64,000 bases of DNA from assembly GCA_016779945.1 (NCBI GenBank), contig JADHMR010000003.1:377-64376 (forward strand), given 5' to 3'. Under the pieces are notes generated by a model. The model did not search any database. It saw only the letters and a list, made by a program, of their open reading frames with translations, and was not told where the DNA came from. The position numbers were made by a program, and so were the translations under genes. Of the stretch, positions 30,507 through 40,312 are shown piece after piece. The stretch's first letter is position 1. Each line of letters opens with the position of its first letter. This DNA comes from Bacteroidia bacterium (GTDB taxonomy: Bacteria; Bacteroidota; Bacteroidia; NS11-12g; UBA9320).

Positions 30507-31586
30507 TTATTCTCCTAGACTCAATCGAACACCAAATGAGTGTGATCCTCCAAATGGATTTGAATGTCTATATGAATAATCTAGGCCAAAAGTATTGGCA
30601 GATTCTTTTTTAAGTGGAACCTCAAAGGTAAACCCTCCCATAACACCCGTAAAAGCGTTTACTCGAGTTTCATAACTTGTTATTCCATCTTCGTATGCAT
30701 ATCCTGCTCTAACTTGAAACATGCTTTTGTAAGCATATTCAGCACCTAGTGTGAACTGGTTATTAGCAAAAGCGTTATTGGTAAATGTAAAGGCAGGAGT
30801 AAATCGATGAAAATAAGTCTCGTCGTTTTTGTCTAACCTTAGGTCATAAGAAGCACTAATATTCATTAAAGTCGGAAGATTAAACTTTGCAGCTCGTTGA
30901 TTAACGGTGTATTCCACTTCTTTTGAGGGGTTTTGTAGTTTAGTTGATAGACCGTCTCCAGCATATCTTGCATCAGGACCAATATTTTTCAATGAAACAC
31001 CAAATTTAACATCGTTCTTTTTGGCTTTACTTGTCTTACGGAGTGTAGTAATATATTGAATTCCTGCGTCAAGAGCTACCCCTTGAGCTTTAGCGTTTGT
31101 GATTGATTCTGAAAAAACCTTGAAACCAATACCTCCGGAAATTTCTTGCGTAAAACGCTTAGAATATGCAGCCGTGATATTTGTGAATCTTGGTTTATAA
31201 GTTCCTATTCCACCGTCTGGCTGTGCGTAAGTTGTGATAGGTATCTCTCCCATATCATAACTCATAATACTAACTCCAAGACCACTAGATCCACCAATAT
31301 TTTGAGCAAAGCCAAATGTATTGATGTTAATATCACTTCCCATTAACCATGAGGTTCTAGAAAAGATAATTTCGGTATTATCTGTATGAGCTAATCCACC
31401 AATGTTATTGTAAACTGACTCCAATCCTTTGACACTGCTTACTGAAGCCCAGCCCCAGCCAGAACTTCTACCCCAACCATTAATATTTAATTGAGTAGCT
31501 CCTGCTTGTCCAATTCTATCTGGATTCCCAGCTAAAATAGCTGTAGATGCAGACAAAATGATTGCTAATATGATTGTTTTTTTCAT
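30507..31586 (-). CDS. PorV/PorQ-family-like outer-membrane beta-barrel protein
   Basis: Signal peptide. The N-terminus GQAGATQLNINGWGRSSGWGWASVSS..VYNNIGGLA resembles the PorV/PorQ family signature. Alternating beta strands throughout. It is shorter than, and different from, the canonical PorV I remember. Confidence 0.55.
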   Translation of the reverse strand: MKKTIILAIILSASTAILAGNPDRIGQAGATQLNINGWGRSSGWGWASVSSVKGLESVYNNIGGLAHTDNTEIIFSRTSWLMGSDININTFGFAQNIGGSSGLGVSIMSYDMGEIPITTYAQPDGGIGTYKPRFTNITAAYSKRFTQEISGGIGFKVFSESITNAKAQGVALDAGIQYITTLRKTSKAKKNDVKFGVSLKNIGPDARYAGDGLSTKLQNPSKEVEYTVNQRAAKFNLPTLMNISASYDLRLDKNDETYFHRFTPAFTFTNNAFANNQFTLGAEYAYKSMFQVRAGYAYEDGITSYETRVNAFTGVMGGFTFEVPLKKESANTFGLDYSYRHSNPFGGSHSFGVRLSLGE

Positions 31587-31614
31587 TAATTTATTTTCTT
31601 TTTAATTGGTGGTC

Positions 31615-34600
31615 CTAGAATGAATCTAAGTCTAACTCTCTCATAACTCCCATCCATTTCAAAATTTTCTCTCCTAAATCTCCAGCATCAATATGAATGA
31701 TATATAATCCACTGGCAATTGGAACATTTGCGTTATTCTTAAGATTCCAATCTAATTCAGTAGTTATATCATCTTTTTTGATTCTTCTAACCAAAGCACC
31801 ATCTAATGTGTAGATAGATATCTCACATTTTTCTGGCAAGTTGGTTAACTTAACTCTATTGTCAATTGCACTTCCCTCATACCCAGAAAAAGCATAATAA
31901 GGATTAGGGACAATGTTTGCTAGATCTAATGCCTTTTTACCATTTTCATCATTGATATCATTATAAATATCTTCGGTACTAAATTTATATTTAGGACGAC
32001 CTTCATTTTCATTAGAAGTTTCTGGTGTAACTCCATATGGCATTCCTACACGTAGTCTAATTTTGACCTCATTTGGAGGGACAGGAATTCCGTCTTCATT
32101 TTCGACCAAAGACTTACCAGGTGCCATAATAGCTGGTATTACCCAGTCACAATTTTGGAATATTTTGGTAAGGGTAGATGTACGATTAGCAGTTGTCATT
32201 GAAGACAGCATATTATAATATTCTTCACCTCTGTCATATATTGGAAGTTTAGGATGAATAGAACTTGCTATCCCTTGATGAGAACCCATAACGTAGATAA
32301 AGTGTCTTCCTCCAAAAGAGGCATAACTTCCGTTGAATACGTCATTTCTATCCGTTGGATTCCACTTCATATCTCTACCGTTTTCACTTCGTTGATAAGA
32401 ATCCTCTCCTACCATAATATTCAATCTTTCACCAGTATTGACATTGATTGCGTATCCTGGGAAAATAGTTTTTCCGGGCTTTAAGTTATTACCTCTGTAA
32501 GATAGTGTCCCTGTTCTCATTGAGAACTTCTCTTTCTGATCTTGGTTCAGTCCTGGATCTTCTCCCATCTCCAGCATTACACATTCACTCCATTTAGATT
32601 CATCAGGCGTCAAAACAATATCAACACTACTCAATTTATCTAGGCCTATACCTTGCATTGCCTGGTAACCAAAAGTCATAGGTTGTACAAGTATCTGTTG
32701 TCTGCCTGGAGCAACTGCTTCAGAAGTATTCGAAACTAATCGGTTGGGGGCAATCCTTCCCTCCCAAATCGACTCAAATTTTGCATCTGGATCAAGTGCA
32801 TTCCCACCTGAAGCATAATCATGAAAGGACGGATCATTGAACCCTTCTAATCTTCCATTTACTCCAGATCGTATCCAATCAAAAGCTCCAAATTGATTAG
32901 CATTTCCTACGTCGTTGTCTCTAACTGCTGATAGCCATTCATTACTTGGATCTGAGAAAGTAACTGACCAATCAATAAATCCGTTTTCTAAATTTCGAAC
33001 AGGATCTACTCCTGGTGCAGCAACTTGACTTATCGTAACTGCCATACCCCAATCCAAAATACTTTTACCAGTAGTTGAGGCTAAAATAATTTGCTCATTT
33101 TCATAGGCTAAACTTGTATCCGAGGTTACTGACTCACCAGTAGTTAGATTAGTCAGAATCCAAGCTGTACTATCAGCCCATAAACTATCGTCGTCATTAC
33201 CCGTATTTTGTGTAACACCTTTCGGAACAAGTAATAATTCAAATTCTCCAAGAGGTATTTTTAATGGATCGATAACTTTGATATCAACTGGTCCAAAACC
33301 ATTTTCATAGATTGGGTTTGCAACTGAATTATTTTTTAGAATTTCTTCAATAACTTCTGGTTTAAGTTCCAATTCATTCATCCCATTCCCTTTTCCTGAA
33401 ATACGTTGTAATTCTGGACCGTCACCATAAAATGATGGCACACTAGAACCACCAAATTTTGGCTCTAGTTTGTGAGGAGATGCACTAAATTTTTTAATTT
33501 TTCGACCTGGCAAGTATGGTCGAGTATTACTCTCCGCTGCTGCGTATGATAATACGATAAAATGGTAGGTTTGGAAATTCACTAGCGTTTTATTAGACCC
33601 TGTAGCAAACTGATCTTCGGTTATTCGAACAGTATGTGTCAATCCTTGATTGTCACCTCTTACTTTCAATACAGGTATTGGTGCTCCTACATCAAACTGA
33701 AATTCTTGATTAATTAATACATCAAAATCATCTTTCAAATCACACTGGAAGATTTCTCTGGCCTTGCTCAAATCATCTAATTCTGATAAACTTACACCAC
33801 CATTTTTTAATTGAAATACGCGATAACCTTGAAAACCAAAATATTCTTCTCGATTTGCTCCATCTAAAAGAGTATCTCTGTACCTTTCAACCCGGTCTGT
33901 ATTTGTTAAGCCTAGTGATAACACAATTTGTTGGTCTTGCTCATGTACCTCTACTTCAGGAGCATCTGGTCCATCAACTAAATCAAAACATGAGTTAAAT
34001 AATTCTTGTGCTCGACTACTCGCTAATTTTAATAATTCTAAGGATCCAGTAGCTCCACCAAAAGGTGCTCTTGCCCAAACTACGCCAACTGTTAACTTTT
34101 GAACAGCTCCTGGCTCTAATACGAATGGTCCGGACGACTGAATAAAACGTCTATCAGCAGGTTGATTACCCGCTGTATTCTCATTCCAGTTATCACCAGG
34201 ATGAGTAGTATCCGTATCAAATGGGAACATCCAATCTGCTTTGGTACCATCCGTTCCAGTTATGCCATTTCCCCCATACTGAATATCTGTACCAGTTCTC
34301 CATTTCCCTTGGAGATAATTGTAAAAGTCAGTTGCAATAAAAGGGTTACCATTGATTTGGTTCGCATCATTATTATAGTAAACAAACTTGCTCATTCCAA
34401 GTTCAACCTCTTCTTCTAATCCAGTTGGACCAATTTGTTTAACTTTAGGTCCCTCAAAGAAATCTACTCCTACTGAAGGTGGATTTAAACCGTATCCAAG
34501 TATACCTTCATCATTATCGTCACCATTATAACAAAAACCTAAAGAAAGCCCAACATCACATCCAACATAATCGTCGGCGTAATTACCCAAATCGGCATCA

Positions 34601-35463
34601 ACCCATTGACCAAAATATGTGTTATTTAATTCTGTTGCCCCACGGTTCGTAATCAATGTAGTATAAAAAGTCATATCATTGATTTCGTCATTAGTTGCAA
34701 AAGCAAATGCAGTAGTTTGCATCTCTACACCGATTGGATCGCCTTGAGTTTCGGTATGGATATTCCCTTTGTCATTATATATCCACCAAAGCATTTGATC
34801 GGGCTGATCTTCTGCTTCATTGTCTATTTTCTGACCCCTACAAAAATTCTGCAATACCGGATAGTCTAACCCATTTTGCGGGTTGTAAATTCCATCTCCA
34901 TCTCCATCATAAAAAGGAGCATATTCACCAGGCCAATTTTCTATTTGTTCATTTACTACACCTGTAAAATTAGTGGCGTGGTCAATGATATTTTTACCGT
35001 CTACTTTGTATATTTTATCCCATTCATCACATTGTGCTTTGGATGTATTACCAGTTGCTGGATCTAATGGCCCTGGCCAAAAATCCGAACCACGCTGACG
35101 ATAAGTCATCGCAGCTAAACGTAAATTTTCAGCTTGATCCTGACCACCTATCCAAATTGCTCCTGAAAAAAGACTATTTTTTCTCACTGCATTTACATCC
35201 ACTAATTTAGGTATCTCATATCGTGCTGCATTTAAATCCCACCACATGTCACCACCATTTAAAATCTTGGTTCGAACATTATTTATATCTAAATCTGCAC
35301 TCTGAGTAGCAGGATCACAATCTGAACCGAATTTCATTTTCATGCTAGAATTGTTTGTTCTAGTAGTATTGGGTTCTTCTACCTCAATATTTTCTTTAGC
35401 AAATGCACTAAATGTACATGCAATTGTGATAGCTATTATATATTTTCTCATCGATTTATTCAT
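31615..35463 (-). CDS. 1282-aa secreted protein of unknown function with a T9SS type-A-like C-terminal domain
   Basis: Signal peptide MNKSMRKYIIAITIACTFSAFA. C-terminus VPNPYYAF..ISIYTLDGALVRRI..WNLKNNANVPIASGLYIIHIDAG..GEKILKWMGV matches the Por_Secre_tail pattern and carries an extra MRELDLDSF tail. I recognised no catalytic motif. Confidence 0.6.
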   Translation of the reverse strand: MNKSMRKYIIAITIACTFSAFAKENIEVEEPNTTRTNNSSMKMKFGSDCDPATQSADLDINNVRTKILNGGDMWWDLNAARYEIPKLVDVNAVRKNSLFSGAIWIGGQDQAENLRLAAMTYRQRGSDFWPGPLDPATGNTSKAQCDEWDKIYKVDGKNIIDHATNFTGVVNEQIENWPGEYAPFYDGDGDGIYNPQNGLDYPVLQNFCRGQKIDNEAEDQPDQMLWWIYNDKGNIHTETQGDPIGVEMQTTAFAFATNDEINDMTFYTTLITNRGATELNNTYFGQWVDADLGNYADDYVGCDVGLSLGFCYNGDDNDEGILGYGLNPPSVGVDFFEGPKVKQIGPTGLEEEVELGMSKFVYYNNDANQINGNPFIATDFYNYLQGKWRTGTDIQYGGNGITGTDGTKADWMFPFDTDTTHPGDNWNENTAGNQPADRRFIQSSGPFVLEPGAVQKLTVGVVWARAPFGGATGSLELLKLASSRAQELFNSCFDLVDGPDAPEVEVHEQDQQIVLSLGLTNTDRVERYRDTLLDGANREEYFGFQGYRVFQLKNGGVSLSELDDLSKAREIFQCDLKDDFDVLINQEFQFDVGAPIPVLKVRGDNQGLTHTVRITEDQFATGSNKTLVNFQTYHFIVLSYAAAESNTRPYLPGRKIKKFSASPHKLEPKFGGSSVPSFYGDGPELQRISGKGNGMNELELKPEVIEEILKNNSVANPIYENGFGPVDIKVIDPLKIPLGEFELLLVPKGVTQNTGNDDDSLWADSTAWILTNLTTGESVTSDTSLAYENEQIILASTTGKSILDWGMAVTISQVAAPGVDPVRNLENGFIDWSVTFSDPSNEWLSAVRDNDVGNANQFGAFDWIRSGVNGRLEGFNDPSFHDYASGGNALDPDAKFESIWEGRIAPNRLVSNTSEAVAPGRQQILVQPMTFGYQAMQGIGLDKLSSVDIVLTPDESKWSECVMLEMGEDPGLNQDQKEKFSMRTGTLSYRGNNLKPGKTIFPGYAINVNTGERLNIMVGEDSYQRSENGRDMKWNPTDRNDVFNGSYASFGGRHFIYVMGSHQGIASSIHPKLPIYDRGEEYYNMLSSMTTANRTSTLTKIFQNCDWVIPAIMAPGKSLVENEDGIPVPPNEVKIRLRVGMPYGVTPETSNENEGRPKYKFSTEDIYNDINDENGKKALDLANIVPNPYYAFSGYEGSAIDNRVKLTNLPEKCEISIYTLDGALVRRIKKDDITTELDWNLKNNANVPIASGLYIIHIDAGDLGEKILKWMGVMRELDLDSF

Positions 35464-35500
35464 TGATCTTATTGATTCTTTTTGTTGTTAATAAAACTAA

Positions 35501-38500
35501 TTAGAAGTATACTCTTAAGCCTAATCTAACTGATCTCGGTATTTCATAAAAATATGGGCTCTCTACTTTGGCGTTATACAATGCCATGTATGATTGGGTA
35601 TTTACTGCATTATTTGCTTCCTGAATACCTTGTGGTGAACTCAACCAACCATCGCTATTTGATAAACGACTGAACCCATATACACGTTGGATGTTTCGGG
35701 TATTCAATAGGTTCTGAATCCATAAAAATGCTTGAATCTGCATTGTTTGTCTTCTAAAGTTGTCTTTCGGATTTTTCTTTTTGACTTCAAAATCCTTGCT
35801 AAAATTACCATCAATCCTAAACTGCCATGGCAATCTTGAGCCAAATGGGTTTCCGTCAAGTGATTGTCTTTGTGCAGTCCCTGAAGCAGCACTTGCTACT
35901 GGATTTATATACGCTGAATACGGCTCTCCAGACTTCGCTGAAATTATAAAATTTCCTCCGAAATTTTGAAGCACTCGTTTGTCAAACCAAATAGGTCCAG
36001 TGTAGTCGTTTCCTCCTTTAAATCGGTAATCCAATCTAGCTGTTAATTGATGTCTTATATCACGTTGAGTTGGATAAAGTGACCTTAAGTTAGGTTGACC
36101 TGCTTGAATAAGAGCTGCTGCAGAGTTAATATTTGATCCTGTACCATCCGCAAATAAGATTGAGTAATTTAAACCAAGTGATGTCCTCCCTTGACCTCTT
36201 AACTCGTATTCTGCTCTGAAGTTTTTAATCGTTTCAAAATCTAAATTCTGATAACTATTATATGTTATTGGATAGGCTTGCGTAATTTGTACTAGTGCAT
36301 AGTCGCCAATTGTAGAACGATAAGCTGCGATTAAACTTAACGCTGAATTTTGAGTAAGTGTTTGTTTGAAACCAAGTTCGTAACTTGTAGTTACTCGTGG
36401 CTGAAGATTTGCGTTGGGCAACGTCCCTCCTTGATTCTCCTCTAGATAATCATATCGATTAATTGGTGCAAAAATGGCACCATTCTGTGGTCGTTGTGCT
36501 AACTTATCATAACTCGCAAAAAACAATGCTTCAGAGTTAATAGGAAAAGAGAACATCACACGTGGAAGTACATTAATTGATGGTGTGTAATCTTGGAAAG
36601 CTTCTGGAACTAATTCTTCATCTGTTGATTGTAAGAACGGTTGAATTCGCCCACTTTTAGTTACTTGTGCAAGTTGATCTGGACTTGACAATTCACCTCC
36701 TTGGTCATCATACCATTTATTTCCATTTCTAAAACCAACAATTTCACTAGGACTTTCAATATCGTTTACATAAACAACATAATCATCTCCGATATTCTGT
36801 GGTACATTGTAGTTTGCAAGAAGGTTACTCCCTCGTTCACCAGATTCGATGCTTGCCAATTCCCCAGCACTGTAGGTTGGGAAAAGAGAATACTGGTCTT
36901 TTAATCCTAATTGGTTCCCATCATATCGCTCAACACGAACACCTAAACGAAGAACTAAATCTTTGAATTGGAATTTGTCTTGTAACCAAATTGCATTAGA
37001 TATTGGCGAGAATGAACCTATTCCCTTAGTATCATCATTATTTGTAAAGTCTGTAAACGAAAATGCTTTTCGAGTTCGATTACCCAAATAATCATATCCG
37101 TAATATCCAACAAATGAATTTCCATTATTCCATAAGTCCCCAGCACTAAACATATCCAAACCAAATGTACTTGGACTAAGACTATTAATATCAATATAAG
37201 AGGACTCTGTGTAAGGATTTCCATAAACATCCGTAGCACCATCCGCTATTAACTTAGCTCTCAAGTTTCTATCAAAGGTTTTCTGTTGGTCTTTATCTAT
37301 ACGAATATTATAGTTAACAGTATCTGTAAAAAAACCATTTTCATCATAAGTATGAACCCCGCCGATGACATAACCATTTTCAGTGACCTGATCGAGATTG
37401 GATATATGGCTATTAGCTAACAATGGCATCAAGGTCCATAGGTTACCTGCAGAAAGCTGCCAATTACTAAATAAAGTTTGCTCATAGTAAATACCGAACT
37501 GGAGATCATGCGTGTTCTCTAAATTTAGAATTGCTTCACCTTGAGCGTATGCTGCTATTCGCTCAACTTGTGACTTAGAATATCCATTATTCCCTAACCC
37601 TGGATTAGCCCATAATGAATAGGAATACCCCGGGGAGAAACCATTTAATAAACCTAGTCCTTGTTGTATTTGATTTGTTGATGTAAATTGATTACCTGAC
37701 GCCTCAACCTCATTAAATAATTGATTTGTGTAATTTGCTCTAATTGGGTTTTTATCGCTAGGTTCAAAAGTGATTTTTGTATTAAAATCACCAATTAAAT
37801 CAAAGTAATTTTGACGGGTTGATGTATCGCCATTTTGGTCAATATGCAACGTTGGTGTTCTTTGAAACTGGTAAAATGGTGCCCTATATTCAGTGAATTT
37901 ACCAATATATCCGTAATCAAAGAAATTTGTTCCATGATCTAAATTCTGAGTTTCTGACCAACTACTTTGGTAGTCAAATCGAATATTGTAGAATGCATCA
38001 GAGAATAATGCCTTTTTCTTTTCTTTATCCTCTTCGCTCGTAGTACCTAATCTTTGGGTGAATTTAACGTAAGTTCTTAGATTTTGACTTGTAGAATTAC
38101 TGTATCGATTATAATTCATTAAACTCTGATCATAATTAAAGTTATTACCTTGACTTTGATTAAAAGAGCCAAATAAAGTAAGCGTTGAATTTTTATTGGG
38201 TTGATATTCAAGTTTTCCTTGAATATTTCCAACATATACCCCTACATTCTTTCTCGCTTTTGTAACTTCCAAATCATCTTCAGTCAGAAGTAGTGATCGA
38301 TACACATTAAGTGGACCATTTGGATTTTCTATAATTGGATTCTTTTCTAGGTCAGCTAACACCTCATCTTTAACGCTATAAAATCCACCGTAGCCTGGAC
38401 TCGCATCCATGGTGTAATTAAAGTTGGCTGCAACTTGATAACCTAATGCAACATATTCTTTTTTACCTCCCCCTTTATTTTTAACCCAAAGTGGACCAAC

Positions 38501-39271
38501 TGCAGAAAATTCAGCTTGGTTATAACTGTAAGGATCTAAAAGTGAAGAGGAAATTAATTCAAAACTACGATTCACGAACCGTGAAGGACCTTTTGTTGTG
38601 ATAACAATAGCACCTCCAGTAAAATCTCCATACTGAGCTGGCACACCCGACTGGATAATTTCTATCTGTCCTTGAGCAGATTGAGGCACTGAGCTGCTTC
38701 CTATAACTCGAACACCATCTACAAAATAAGCAGTTGCATCTGTTCTACTACCTAGAAATGAAATTCCACCCCCACTTGTCTGGTTAGCACCAGAAGTAGT
38801 ACCCGCAATAGCATTTAAACTTCGCGTTGGAAGTTTAGTAATATCTTTAGAACCAATTGTTTTGGAGTTATTATCTTTCTCAATCATTGGCTTACCTGCA
38901 CGAACAACAACCTGCTTAAGTTCTTGCCCTCCACCTTGCTCAGCAGAGATTTGAGACATTTCAATGTTTAAATACTTTGTACCGTTGGCAAAAATATCTA
39001 CGTCGGTCACTTTTTTATCCGAGTAATCAAGGTACTTTACTGTCACAGAATAATTCCCAGGATCAAGGGCATTAATTACATACTTACCATCCTCGTCTGT
39101 GTAAGCTCCTCCCTTTCTAATCCCGTCTTTTTCCAAGATGATTGTTGCATATGCAATAGGCACTTTGGTTTTGGAATCATTAACCTTACCCTGCAACTTA
39201 CCAAAGTTGGACTGTGCCAAAACTGATGTGGTTAGTATACAAGATAGAAATAGTACAAGTATTTTTTTCAT
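35501..39271 (-). CDS. 1256-aa outer-membrane protein: CarboxypepD_reg-like domain + Plug-like domain + oversized beta-barrel (TonB-dependent-receptor-like)
   Basis: Signal peptide. GKVNDSKTKVPIAYATIILEKDG..TDEDGKYVINALDPGNYSVTV, then GISFLGSRTDATAYFVDGVRVIG..VPAQYGDFTGGAIVITTKGP, then a long beta-rich region ending ..RLGLRVYF. Confidence 0.7.
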   Translation of the reverse strand: MKKILVLFLSCILTTSVLAQSNFGKLQGKVNDSKTKVPIAYATIILEKDGIRKGGAYTDEDGKYVINALDPGNYSVTVKYLDYSDKKVTDVDIFANGTKYLNIEMSQISAEQGGGQELKQVVVRAGKPMIEKDNNSKTIGSKDITKLPTRSLNAIAGTTSGANQTSGGGISFLGSRTDATAYFVDGVRVIGSSSVPQSAQGQIEIIQSGVPAQYGDFTGGAIVITTKGPSRFVNRSFELISSSLLDPYSYNQAEFSAVGPLWVKNKGGGKKEYVALGYQVAANFNYTMDASPGYGGFYSVKDEVLADLEKNPIIENPNGPLNVYRSLLLTEDDLEVTKARKNVGVYVGNIQGKLEYQPNKNSTLTLFGSFNQSQGNNFNYDQSLMNYNRYSNSTSQNLRTYVKFTQRLGTTSEEDKEKKKALFSDAFYNIRFDYQSSWSETQNLDHGTNFFDYGYIGKFTEYRAPFYQFQRTPTLHIDQNGDTSTRQNYFDLIGDFNTKITFEPSDKNPIRANYTNQLFNEVEASGNQFTSTNQIQQGLGLLNGFSPGYSYSLWANPGLGNNGYSKSQVERIAAYAQGEAILNLENTHDLQFGIYYEQTLFSNWQLSAGNLWTLMPLLANSHISNLDQVTENGYVIGGVHTYDENGFFTDTVNYNIRIDKDQQKTFDRNLRAKLIADGATDVYGNPYTESSYIDINSLSPSTFGLDMFSAGDLWNNGNSFVGYYGYDYLGNRTRKAFSFTDFTNNDDTKGIGSFSPISNAIWLQDKFQFKDLVLRLGVRVERYDGNQLGLKDQYSLFPTYSAGELASIESGERGSNLLANYNVPQNIGDDYVVYVNDIESPSEIVGFRNGNKWYDDQGGELSSPDQLAQVTKSGRIQPFLQSTDEELVPEAFQDYTPSINVLPRVMFSFPINSEALFFASYDKLAQRPQNGAIFAPINRYDYLEENQGGTLPNANLQPRVTTSYELGFKQTLTQNSALSLIAAYRSTIGDYALVQITQAYPITYNSYQNLDFETIKNFRAEYELRGQGRTSLGLNYSILFADGTGSNINSAAALIQAGQPNLRSLYPTQRDIRHQLTARLDYRFKGGNDYTGPIWFDKRVLQNFGGNFIISAKSGEPYSAYINPVASAASGTAQRQSLDGNPFGSRLPWQFRIDGNFSKDFEVKKKNPKDNFRRQTMQIQAFLWIQNLLNTRNIQRVYGFSRLSNSDGWLSSPQGIQEANNAVNTQSYMALYNAKVESPYFYEIPRSVRLGLRVYF

Positions 39272-39364
39272 ATGATAGTTGTCTTTTTAAGCCTTATTAG
39301 GAACACGAATCTCGCCAAAAAAAAGTTATTATTCAAATAAAACTTAATTAAGATTGGTCCCAAA

Positions 39365-40312
39365 TTATTTAATAATTATGGCTCTTGATACCTTGTCAGC
39401 TAAGACCTCAGCTATTAGTTTAAAGGAGTCTTTGGTTAACCCACCTGTGTGAGGCGTCAGAATTACATTCTCACTTCTGGTAAGAAAACTGAATTCTTCA
39501 TTTTCATTTTCATTGTATGAATTCAAATTTTCATTTGGTAAAACATCCAAACCCGCACCTAACACTTTGCCTTCTTTTAATTTTAAAATCAAGTCTGCAG
39601 TGTTGACTACTTTACCTCTCGATAGATTTAACAGGTAGAAAGGTTTAGATACACGATTCATAAATTCTAAATCCACCATGTTATCTGAAAATTCATTTAA
39701 AGGAATATGAAGGGATATAATATCTGACTCATGTTGTAATTCTTCCAAGGTAACTTCTTGAGCAAACTCATCACCAAAATTATTTAGAAACCTATCGTAT
39801 GCTAAAATCTTACAACCAAATACATTCAACTTGGCTGCTAAAGTTTGTCCAACATTTCCATATCCAATTATACCTACAGTAAGATTCTTTAATTCAATTC
39901 CCTCATTATCTTTTCTCAACCACTTGCGATCTTTAATCTCGTTATTTGATTTAACAACATTGGTTAAAAGACTCAACAAGATGGCAATAGTCTGTTCTGC
40001 AACTGCATTTCGATTACCTTCAGGTGCATTCAAGCAAATTATCCCTTTTTTCTTAGCATAGTCTTGGTTAATATTATCCATTCCAGATCCTAATCTACCG
40101 ACCAGTTTTAATTTAGGGGCCCGATCAATCCACGACTTATCCAATATCAACTTACTCCGCAGCACTAGTATGGTCGCAAATTCCAATTGTTCGGGGAGTT
40201 CCTCAAGAGTAATATTAGGAGCGTAAATAATTTTGTGACCCTTGAGTTTTTCTAAGAAAATTTCATGGACTTCGTCTATAATTAAAATTGTATGATTAAA
40301 CTGCTCTTTCAT
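39365..40312 (-). CDS. D-isomer-specific 2-hydroxyacid dehydrogenase (phosphoglycerate dehydrogenase-like)
   Basis: NAD-binding motif GIIGYGNVGQ and catalytic region LNLSRG..D, TPHTGG. Confidence 0.8.
   Translation of the reverse strand: MKEQFNHTILIIDEVHEIFLEKLKGHKIIYAPNITLEELPEQLEFATILVLRSKLILDKSWIDRAPKLKLVGRLGSGMDNINQDYAKKKGIICLNAPEGNRNAVAEQTIAILLSLLTNVVKSNNEIKDRKWLRKDNEGIELKNLTVGIIGYGNVGQTLAAKLNVFGCKILAYDRFLNNFGDEFAQEVTLEELQHESDIISLHIPLNEFSDNMVDLEFMNRVSKPFYLLNLSRGKVVNTADLILKLKEGKVLGAGLDVLPNENLNSYNENENEEFSFLTRSENVILTPHTGGLTKDSFKLIAEVLADKVSRAIIIK

Noticed and set aside
31615-35463. Possibility that the 1282-aa protein is the T9SS sortase PorU and the downstream barrel is PorV. The size, the order and the retained CTD-like end all fit.
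   Set aside because: I could not find a gingipain/C25-type His-Gly...Cys catalytic pair. The nearest look-alike, GFCYNGDD, is in the wrong region and has no partner His motif. The 359-aa barrel is also shorter and diverges at the N-terminus from the PorV I remember. The question is left open as something an HMM search can settle.
35501-39271. SusC/SusD-type polysaccharide utilisation locus.
   Set aside because: The CarboxypepD_reg + Plug + barrel layout is SusC-like. However, the downstream gene is a 1282-aa CTD-bearing protein, not a ~500-aa SusD-like lipoprotein, and no glycoside hydrolases or hybrid two-component or ECF regulators flank it.
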